This document shows, one piece after another, positions 53,301 through 64,000 of a stretch of 64,000 nucleotides of DNA (within the stretch, counting starts at the first letter, position 1; every line of letters starts with the position of its first letter). The stretch lies in NCBI GenBank assembly GCA_051362555.1, contig CM120641.1:11842001-11906000 (forward strand). Direction: 5' to 3'. Under the pieces are notes generated by a model that was not told where the DNA came from, searched no databases, and saw only the letters and a list, made by a program, of their open reading frames with translations. Made by a program: the position numbers and the translations under genes. This DNA is from Lingula anatina (Eukaryota; Animalia; Brachiopoda).

Positions 53301-53898
53301 ACCAGTACATGTGGACCTTATAAATCTGTAGTCACTTCTTTCATCCTTTACATGCAATCTTTATAAAAATAATAAAAAATACAAAAATAAAATAAAACCT
53401 CAAACAAAAAGTGGGCTGTTTACTTGTAATTTGGCATTTAAAATGATTTCCTCTTCTATGTGGTCTTTGTTCCCAAGGCTTTCCACAATTTTTTGTTTAA
53501 CACTTTGCCAGGTCTCCACTTTGCAGTCCCCATTTACAGAATAGCCACCACCATGGCATATAAATACCCTGTAAGAAAATGTGAACATCTTAAAACGTCT
53601 GAATATTTTCTCATTTATATTTTAACAGGTGACCTTTTTATGTATTTTTTATAGTGTTGTGTGTTTAATTCCATTATTCATATTTACAAGATTATAATAA
53701 TATTTGCAAAGATGTACCTGTAATTTAAAATAAAAATATAGAGTGGCATATAAAATATAATTGTATGTTTCATGATCGATTAATTATAAAAGTGACAAAT
53801 TTGGACCACTGGTAAATTGACAGAACAGGGCTAAAATAAAATAAAATTGACCATGCTGTGCTTGTCTAACTTGTAAAGAGTCACACAATTCTCGCCAT
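18078..53898 (-). CDS. WDR87: WD repeat-containing protein 87-like (~49 coding exons, ~1976 aa): N-terminal WD40 repeats, HEAT-like segment, low-complexity C-terminus
   Basis: Phase-consistent GT-AG exons read by hand: 53898-53885 (tentative start), 53568-53424, 53140-52977, 52735-52684, 50249-50146, 49822-49738, 49504-49448, 49211-49128, 48816-48764, 48518-48458, 48283-48220, 47731-47643, 47417-47310, 47003-46908, 46665-46591, 46351-46285, 46034-45934, 45683-45612, 45271-45056, 44671-44598, 44265-44160, 43606-43538, 43206-43091, 40894-40828, 39101-39052, 38237-38107, 36054-35797, 35440-35334, 35135-35061, 33569-33416, 33257-33121, 32814-32594, 32238-32064, 31740-31615, 30779-30615, 30115-30058, 29575-29333, 27410-27269, 26962-26873, 26097-25961, 24226-23847, 23587-23500, 23316-23233, 22879-22721, 22000-21801, 21439-21366, 21047-20829, 20607-20439, 18227-18078. 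WD motifs: ELKGHIKSVT, LFSASKDGTVRVWRL, LVSCGTDQQIKIWE, FVTVAKDHHLKLWD. CFANERGDLLV and APDGYIPNSVVR resemble WDR87 as I recall it; WDR97 is a related alternative. First and last exon choice is less certain. Confidence 0.75.
18694..18941. mobile_element. Older degenerate Harbinger-type MITE (~248 bp)
   Basis: Imperfect long TIRs: GGGTGCGTTCACAATGGATCTATCATACTAGCTG ... CAGCTAGTATAATAGATTCACTGTGAATGAACCC. Inner arms TGCAATCACATTAACAGA / TCTGTTAATGTGACTGCA. Left flank is TAA; the right TSD is decayed. Confidence 0.72.
21736..21785. repeat. (AAT)n microsatellite
   Basis: Read directly; it produces the spurious poly-Leu in ORF 21684-22052. Confidence 0.95.
25688..25735. repeat. (AAT)n microsatellite
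   Basis: Read directly; it produces the spurious poly-Tyr ORF. Confidence 0.95.
25794..25948. mobile_element. Small foldback/MITE-like inverted repeat (~155 bp)
   Basis: Arms GGTGGCTTCTGTTAGAA(TGTTAGAA)CACCTAATAAATGACTAGCTC and GAGCTAGTCATTTATTAGGTGTTCTAACGGAGGCCACC surround a T-rich/A-rich core. No clear TSD. Confidence 0.65.
31104..31150. repeat. (AAT)n(AAAT)n microsatellite after a poly-A run
   Basis: Read directly from the sequence. Confidence 0.9.
33706..33797. repeat. Tandem duplication, 2 x 45 bp (diverged)
   Basis: TGTTGACTGGCAATTTGACA-A-CACATTG... starts at 33706 and again at 33751. Confidence 0.8.
45341..45376 (+). repeat. (GGGT)n microsatellite with G-quadruplex potential
   Basis: GGGTAGGTGGGTGGGTGGGTGGGTGGGTGGGTGGGG. 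Confidence 0.85.
50265..50341. repeat. Self-complementary (ATT)n(AAT)n microsatellite
   Basis: An (ATT)n tract abuts an (AAT)n tract directly, at the left edge of the HINE-like element. Confidence 0.9.
50400..52581 (-). mobile_element. Non-autonomous Helentron/HINE (DINE-1-like) element with an internal tandem array; 3' end not clearly resolved
   Basis: On the minus strand the element starts AATT. It has a subterminal hairpin (plus strand TGTACCGCCAGCG-CCTA-CGCTGGTGGTACA, 52549-52578), a GC-rich short repeat (GGCGGAGCC/GCAGGAGCC, 52481-52522), a core, and then a 146-bp tandem array. This order matches the known DINE-1/HINE architecture. Confidence 0.62.
50420..51580. repeat. Tandem array, 8 x ~146 bp, each unit with AGGTCAAAGGTCA (DR1)
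   Basis: AGGTCAAAGGTCA starts at 50444, 50588, 50742, 50888, 51033, 51179, 51325 and 51471 (spacings 144, 154, 146, 145, 146, 146, 146). Confidence 0.96.
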
Positions 53899-54343
53899 GG
53901 AGGCGTTATAAGGTACACATAGAGGATATATTATCTAACCTGTGCCTTGAACTTCGAAGATGCACCATGACTCAGTTTAGCAACGTGATCAACAAAGGTC
54001 AAAACCACAAAAACATGAAAAATGTGCAAATTCACATGAAAATCAAAAACTGCGCCTCCATTATGACGAAAAATGGAACAAATCAATCAAGACAAGCTTG
54101 TTCTAAAAAGAACCTACGTTTAATTTTTTTATGTGGTGGTTTCGTATTTCGAGCACACTATGTACCTAATTCGTAAGATCAGTACTACACAGTATAAAAT
54201 ACGTTTTCTTTATATCAAAGGCAACCAACAACCTCGTTTCAGGCAGTGAATCAGATAATATGCAAAGTTAGCATCGCTGGATAAAATCTTTCCATTTCAA
54301 CTTGCCTCGTCACATCCTTTTCAGAACGGACTAAGAAACGAAC
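53899..54343. promoter_or_regulatory. Probable bidirectional promoter WDR87-like/SEC61B, with a TCT-like initiator (TCCTTTTC, 54315-54322)
   Basis: Divergent ATGs at 53898 (-) and 54344 (+). CpG is enriched. A pyrimidine tract fits YYC(+1)TTTYY about 25 nt upstream of the SEC61B ATG. Confidence 0.6.
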
Positions 54344-56549
<2,206 letters not shown>

Positions 56550-57595
56550 AACCTCTGCAAAGTACAAATTACTTAAATTTATGACTATCATAAGGACTAA
56601 GAATTAGTGATTATATCCACATGGAAAGAAAACCAACAGAAGCTTGCACAGGACATGAAGTGAGACAAATATGAAGGACATCTCTGGTGATATAAATATA
56701 TATATATCACAGGTTCTCCAAACTAACCACCAGAGAAAGATGAAAAGATGTTTAAGTTATGACAGAGAAAAGCTATTCATCATTCATTCCAAGTGTATCC
56801 ATTCAACATTTCAATGACTAGATCTTTATCTGTAGTGACTGAATGTAATTTGTATAGGAAAATGAGATGGCAGATTGTACTGGAGCAAAAAATTCTGGAA
56901 ATGGTTAATTGTCCATATTGTATAGTTTTGACCAAACAAATAAATTAAATTTTATTATATGGACTTCATTATTTCCAATCATTAGGGCTTATTTGATGTT
57001 GCCATATTTTAAAAAGAGCTCCCAAGTTATCTTTTTTTATATGTGAAAATAAATTCTGAGAAAAATATTTTCTTTGACAACTGGTTTGTGTCTCCTATAA
57101 TTGGTATGTACTTTTGATTAATTTGATGACTATCTACATAGAAATGAGATATTGCAGTGTAAAAGGCGGGAATACCAATTTGTAAGAGGTAACATTTTTT
57201 TTCATGTGTAAATATTTTAATACTTTTGTGTGGAATTTTTCACAATTTTTTTTTTTTTTTTTTTTTTTGTAATATATGGCATGCTGTCAAACTTTTTAAA
57301 GATACAGATCTAAACAAAAAATCTTTTAATTTATTTATTTTTTTGCAGTGATGCAATTTTTGTATAAAAACGTTTAGATATTATTTTGTATGAATGGGCA
57401 AAAGCATTTATTTTGATTATTAGATTAAAATCTACAATCTAAACAAAATTCTTTAAAAATGAATAAATTACATTCATCCTGTGAATTACTAGCAGCTTTG
57501 TCTGCTCTTTCACTTGAAAAAAGACATTGCAACTGCTGAGCCCTCTTTGTAAATTTGTAGCAATGATTGTCGCACCTAGCACAATGGCCTTGATC

Positions 57596-57716
57596 AAGTC
57601 AACATGGCGGCGTGGGGTCTGCTCGAAGAACTTTGCAATCGGAACATTTTCTAGTTTTATGTTGATCAAACTGTAAAGAGTGAGTATTATATCATCTCTC
57701 ATTAAATATTACCAAG
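57596..57716 (+). promoter_or_regulatory. Probable promoter/non-coding first exon of the NCKAP5-like gene, with a YY1-type motif (CAACATGGCGGC)
   Basis: CpG-rich patch with the YY1 core ATGGCG at 57604 and a donor CAAG|GTAAAA at 57716/57717. The link to the downstream gene is inferred. Confidence 0.45.
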
Positions 57717-60700
57717 GTAAAATTGAATGTATCGGGTCTGTTTCGTCTAATTTTTTGCAAGTATTGAGATATTGAACTGTAGATGTACGACGATTTCGAG
57801 GAGAGAAGTGTGTGTACCAAATGACACTGACATTTGTTGAATGTTTGAAGAACAATCAAGATGTTTAATTAATGAATTTCTATACACGAAAGAAATAATT
57901 TGTCAACTTTGTTTAAAAATAGTGGACTGAATAAACACAGACTTACTGTATATTTAAATAACTTGAAGCCTTAAAACTTTTGCTAAGTATTGATCGTCTT
58001 TGGCTCACTGACTTCTAGATTTTTATGTTGCATGTAGACTTGGATTTTAGTTGAAAAGGACAAATAAAACGTTAATAATCATACTCGTGTTTCAAAACGA
58101 TAGCCATTTTGCTCAAACGTCTGCTCTCCGTACAAGCTTGGGATTAGTTGTAACGCCTGAATTTTTAACTTACAGATTCACTATTGTAATTACCTGTAGG
58201 TAATATATAAAAGAGCACTTGATTGAGGTCGGAGTATATGCTTTTTAAATCTGGAAAGCTTCCAACCAATCTACATCTTTCCTGGTACTGCTTCTCTGAG
58301 ATCCTTTAGTGATATTGATTTTGATACTTGATGAAGTGAAGAAGAAATTCAAGGTGTAAATGTATTTATGAAGTCTTTGGTGTATTAGCAAGTTTGGCGA
58401 AGACTTTGCCAACTGATATTCTTCAACATTTAGTCTAGACATATTGATATTTTGTTGAGTGAGAACATGGAGTTGGCAGTCACAGACTCTTTTGAATTGA
58501 CTTTACTAAGTATAATATAGACTCAGACTCTCTATAAATATCATAATTGGTAAATTATTATTGTTGAGTATAAATTAAGACAAATTTTAAATTTCAAATG
58601 TTCATTTTGCTAGGGGTTTATTGTGCAGACAACATACCTCATATATATATTAAGTAGTTACAGCACCACTGGGAATTAGAAAAGGATGTGGTCTGTACCT
58701 CTGTGTCATAGCGCCTCCAGAAAATATAAGTTTCTTGGGCCTCGAGTCTTAGACATAATTAATACAATGCTCATACTTATATAAGAAGACTGCTCTGAGA
58801 CAAACTCCATAGATAATCTTTGAGCAGTTTTTAATTAAGATAACTTCAAAACACAAGTGGCCTCTGAGGCAAACAGGGCATTTTTTGGATATTTAAGCAA
58901 GATTGAATGGATAGCAGGTAATACGAATATTACTGGACTCAGTTCAAGTTAATTTTAGACTTGTGAGTCATTCAACCTGAATGGATGTCATCTGTAGCAG
59001 CATGATTGTCCATAGTCACAAAGTCTTCAAAAGATAAAATTTATTGCCTTGTTTAGCCCCCCTCCCCCAATTTTTTGTGACCCAGAAACTTTTTTAAATG
59101 TTCCAAACACAATCACTTCATATATGTATTAACAATGTTTGTCCCCTTTAATTAATGGTTCAAAGGCCCTCGACAAATATTATGTTCTCAAAACAACTTA
59201 AGAAATGCAGTTTAATACTACTTATGCATCAGATTTTTTGGGGCATAATTAATGTTTATTATAGACATAAATACTCTTCAAATTACAATAATGAAGTGGT
59301 ATAAATAATAAAAAATAATGATTCGTTAAAACTAGATATATTCAAAAACTATTGCCATGTAGCTGTTTATGAATTATGATGAATACTAGTGCATGTCAGG
59401 TGTTTTGAACTTTAAGCCTTGCTATGAGCAATAAGCAACACAGAAAGTTCGTGAGACCAGGGAATTATATATCGTAGATAATTCCCTGGTGAAACAGCCA
59501 TTTGTTGCATCTAACAAATTTGTATAATGTAACAAGAAGGCCTTGACTCCTGTCAGAATTAAAGAACATTTACACATTGATGTAACCTCATCATTTGTTT
59601 GCTTTGAATTGAACCTAGTCAGTGCATATATCTAGCATTCATTTCTCCAACTTAAGTATGTTGACGTTAACTTGGGCTATCATGGTATGTATACTATGTA
59701 AAATATTTTGACACATAGCCAACTTGTATATGGGAGCAAATCTGGAATGATTTGAAAAGTTATCAACAAAAACAAATACCATCAAGACAGTTTTACCTTT
59801 TCTACCATTTGTTTAAAGTCATAATAGAGTAAGCATAATATAAATCATAAAATCATACTTATCCAGATATTTATTCTGAAATTTTAGTTATTATCTTGAT
59901 AAAGCAATATCTCCATTGGAAAACTATTTCAACAAATAAGAGTATTTATATGTCTGAGCAAAATGAGTCATTTTCAAATTTCACAGGTTATCTTTACCTG
60001 ACAGTCCTGAGTTTTATGTACAAAACCCTCTGTTGAAGAAACTGACATCTTTATGGCATGGGAGTATTTCCATTATGAAATCTATTCAATGGCAGTGTCA
60101 GCTAAATTGCACTGCTTAAGCAAGGCTGGCATCATAATGGATCATAATGGGATACTTTAAGTGTATTTGATGGAAATACAAGTTGTATATCATTCCTAGA
60201 TTCCTGTATTACATGAAATACATATCTCACACATTATTTGGGATGGTCTGTCACTTATCCTAATGTATATGTATCTGAAGCCCTTTGACATAAAACCATG
60301 TGATTATGTTATATGATAGAGATTTTTCTGACTAGTTATAGAGAAAAACAAACCTAATATAGAGATTTGAAGAAAAAACATGGTATGTAAATTGTATTAA
60401 GCTTTGAATGATAAATAAACTGTTGCTCCCCACCAGATGAATTTATGCAAAAAATAGATTCCTAAATATATCATCGCCTGACAAGACAATCTATATTCTA
60501 GTGCCTTTGTGTGGAGATGCAACACAATATTTGAAGAGTGCAGGGCTGTGAGCTACTTGTCAAAAATTTATTCAGTAATTCACTGGAGACTGGTAAATTT
60601 TCAGCTTTGGGAGTTTACTGTTCCAAAAACCCGTGACATTTCTATTGCATTAGGAGATATAGGAGATTGTACCACACTGTGTGCAGAGTGGAATAGGGAG

Positions 60701-62108
60701 AGAGGCCTACTGGAGAAGATTCTGCTTACAGACAATTCGAGATTGATATAAGTATATAGCTCTATCACTGCTTATTTTATGTTTTTTGTTACTGGTAGGG
60801 TATTGGAGTTATTTTGATTTTCACTTTGTGACAGAAAATATGTCATGTATTGTATAAGAAACAGTTTTTGTTGCTAGAATAAGTTGATATTTCCAGTAAA
60901 TAGGTGGAACGCAGTCTTGCTAGAATGTTCTTGAAGAAAGCATAGAAATTATTATGTATGTAGACTGATGGGATGGAGGAGGGGGGGGGGTCCTGGGGAG
61001 GGAAGAGGGGATCTAGAGGTTGTCATGGGGTAGGGGCAGGATAAGTTATTTACTGTGTAAAGATCTAAGATGAAGTCTGGTCATCATAATGGAACAGTCA
61101 ACACAGGTATGTTGTTTGAAATCTTGAAGCATGGGAATATCAAGGTGGGTTGTAAGGAATAAAGTCAAGGAGTAAATCCCAACATCTTTAAATGGTACTA
61201 TGAATAAGAGAACAGTGGGGGACTGATTAGACTTTCTTTTGGAATGTATTCTTTTCACACTTACATATATTTATTTATTATGAGGAAATAACTGATCACA
61301 GGCTAAATAATACGGGCCAGGTCGGAGGTTATGTGATGTTATGCTGGCAGAAAGGAGAGATAAACATGGGCTTAGTGATCTGACTTAACAGCATGTTTTC
61401 TCTGTCTGACTGGCAATAAAGAAGTCGGAGGAAAGATCTAAGGGTATAAACATACCATTTTGCTACACAAACATGGAGTCAACCTGGCACATAAAGGGTC
61501 TTAGCTAACACCGCAGTGTTGGGGGCAGAGATGATTCAGATTGTCAAACACAGCCATCTGGTCTTCAAGGAGAAGAAATCAAGAAAAAACTGACCCTAAA
61601 TCAACCAATTACCAGAATAGGCCTTTGGCATTTTTCCTAAATTAGGCTCCATGCAGCGCACTGGCCCCAGTCCCAGATCTAATATATAAAAACGTCAAGT
61701 ATTTTATTGAGTTATGAAGTGAAGATGAAAGGCAAGGCCACACTAGAACACGTGAGGTACTTGGGAGCCGGGCAGGCTGACAGCTGAGGGGAAATACTGC
61801 TAATTTCATTGGAGGGTTGACTTTTATTCTTGGCACAGTCACTGTCCACTGGACCCATGAATATTTTGTTAAAAAAGAAACTAAATAATCTGTCATTCTT
61901 AAGTAGATTCACTGGAACAGTGGGAAACTAGTATTGAAGGTAAGAACCCAGAAATGGTTTGAAACTTGCAAAAGGTAAGATATTGTTGGGGTATTCACAA
62001 TTTGTTAGCTAACATGCTGATAATGGTTAAATGTTTACCTTGTGAATCTATTTGAACAAAGTTAATTTCTTTTACAGTCTTAAGAAATTGCAACACAATA
62101 CAGTAAAG

Positions 62109-62990
62109 ATGATTCGCCGAGGACGTCCCCGGTCTAAGAGCCACACCCGCACCACAGACAGGAACTCTGAGCCAGATGAACGAGGGTTTCATTCACCAGA
62201 GCAGGACATTAAGGTGAGCTATTATTCCTTAGCTCTCCTAAAACATATTTTACTTCAACCTTTTTTCTTTAGAGTCAAAAATTGGATGTTTTTTTTTTCT
62301 TCTTCTTTTTTAATTTTGCTTTTAAGACATTTAATTTTTTTAAATCATGGGCTGTGGAGCCATCATGGAGATTAGGTATGTGCCATTGTTTAGGTGGGAG
62401 CTGCAACTTGGAATACAAATATTTAGTGATCAGAAGCCAAATGGGCCATGTGTTGGGCAAGGGTGGAAATTGGTGCTTGGATGGAAAGTGTAATGTGAAA
62501 AATAAGTTTACTCAGGATAAGCAGTTGTGAAAAAATATTTGTAAGAAAAAGGAATAGAGACCAAGTGAGAAAATGGGCAACATACAAACCATACTTCACC
62601 TATCAAAGCATAATGACAGTTTCAAGTGTTTCAAGTTGCAAGTGTTGAAAAACATCAGACAAAAGAGGAAGTGGATCTCCAGGCAAACTTTATAATTGAC
62701 TTTAAAGATCACACATGAAATACTGTCTTTTTTTCCACTAATGGCAATGTGTGGTTGTAAAGCACTGTCACGCCTAACACAATGTCACACCTAACACAAT
62801 TTTGTACAAAGCACACTGACACTGTTGTGGCTACTGCATTTCTGTGTCTATCTCCCCTCAGCTCCTGGAGGCGAGAATGCATGAAGTGTTACAGCAGCTG
62901 GCTGAGGAGAAGCAGATCAGCAGAAGAGAGCGCCATCACATTGCCAGTCTGGAGAGAGAGCTGGCCAAATACAAGGAAGACAGTGAGATG
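62109..62990 (+). CDS. NCKAP5: Nck-associated protein 5-like, N-terminal coiled-coil exons (partial; gene probably continues beyond the window)
   Basis: Exons 62109-62213 (MIRRGRPRSK...EQDIK|GTGAGC) and 62862-62990 (LLEARMHEVLQQLAEEKQISRRERHHIASLERELAKYKEDSEM|GTGAGT) join in phase 0. The second resembles the NCKAP5 N-terminal LxQLEE...REK..ARLQREV coil as I recall it. Confidence 0.6.
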
Positions 62991-63100
62991 GTGAGTGTTC
63001 TGGGGTGGGGGTGGAGATGGAGTTGTGGGGGGGGGGAGTTATTAGAGGGAGTACACAGAGAGAGGGGATTGACTGCACTATCAGGTAAAGGCTTTAGTAA

Positions 63101-63323
63101 CTAGAAAAGCACTCTGAGAGCGCAGACCTCTGCCAAGGCAGCAATTTTTGATTATTGATTGATTATTGATCCAGATCACCACCAAAAACTAGTCATCTGT
63201 TCCTTGGCCCACTTCTGACAGTCCCTGAAAATTTCATCAAAATCAGTCCATAACTTTTTGAGTTATGTTGATGACAGACAAACAAACAGGGGTGAAAACA
63301 TAACCTCCTTGGCGGAGGTAATA
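63101..63323 (-). mobile_element. Short non-autonomous Helentron/HINE-type element (~220 bp)
   Basis: Minus strand: TTATTACCTCCGCCAAGGAGGTTA (subTIR plus inverted repeat), a TGTTTGTTTGTCTGTC microsatellite, core, subTIR CCTTGGCAGAGGT, 3' hairpin GCGCTCTCAGAGTGC, and terminal CTAG followed by TT. Confidence 0.8.
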
Positions 63324-63379
63324 ACTGAGAGAAGGTTGACAAATGCTAGAATTTTGGTGTATATATTATAGAACTCTAA

Positions 63380-63637
63380 GGCTTCGTTCACATGGAATGT
63401 CTATTTTCTAAAAATCTATTTTCTATTCGCGCTATCTTATGATCACGGTCTGTGCCCTGAATATCCCGCCGCGTAATTACTGGCAGCACAAGCCAGTTAC
63501 TTATAGTAACTTATAGTAACTGGCTCGTGCTGCCAGTAATTACGCCGCGGGATATTCAGGGCACAGACCGTGATCATAAGACATACCGCGAATAGAAAAT
63601 AGAATTTAGAAAATAGACATTGCATGTGAATGAAGCC
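63380..63637. mobile_element. Palindromic PIF/Harbinger-type MITE (258 bp), second copy in inverted orientation, TSD TAA
   Basis: Reverse complement of 17021-17278 with only 2 substitutions; flanked by TAA/TAA. Confidence 0.9.
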
Positions 63638-64000
63638 TAAGTAGAACTCAAACCAATAGCTGAACACAGCTAAGTAAATTCTTAACTAAAAGAAATGTAT
63701 AGTTGTTACACACTTTTTGTGACAAGACAAGTTGGATAGTAAGCATAAAAATATCCAACGTTCATAATAGATAGTCACGTTGCCAGTGTAGTAAGGAAGT
63801 GAGGGGATGGAAATTGGTCCAGTGAGAACCAAATGCTAAAAACAACTTTCTAAATCTTTGAGCAAAGAAAGAGCACTTTAAATATCCCCTCTCTTAGTTT
63901 TTACTTGCAAAAGTGTTGAGTTAAAAAAAGCAGTAAGTTAAAAAGGGGTATCATAAGATTTACCATTTGTAAAATGTGTGTTACACACACACACATGCAT

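Noticed and set aside
60509-60751. 80-aa plus-strand ORF upstream of NCKAP5-like
   Set aside because: GTG start, no in-frame splice link to the downstream exons, and no recognisable motif.

Overview
AT-rich eukaryotic genomic DNA with many introns, probably from a marine invertebrate (mollusc-like; taxon is inference). Reading splice sites by hand gives five spliced protein-coding genes. (1) TMEM229B-like (-, 153-902). (2) Head-to-head with it, an unrecognised ~602-aa type I membrane protein (+, 1556-15532): GC-AG first intron, N-glycosylated and mucin-like ectodomain, and a tail rich in tyrosine/ITIM/Grb2/SH3/PDZ motifs. (3) A ~49-exon WDR87-like WD40 gene (-, ~18078-53898). (4) Head-to-head with it, SEC61B (+, 54344-56549). 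(5) The 5' part of an NCKAP5-like coiled-coil gene (+, from 62109). Mobile DNA: two near-identical palindromic PIF/Harbinger-type MITEs, older foldback elements, a short Helentron/HINE-type element, and a ~2.2-kb HINE-like element. The latter carries 8 tandem 146-bp units, each with a perfect DR1 nuclear-receptor site. Most short ORFs in the supplied track are exon read-through or shadow ORFs. No rRNA, tRNA or CRISPR was seen. Family assignments come from recalled motifs, not database searches.
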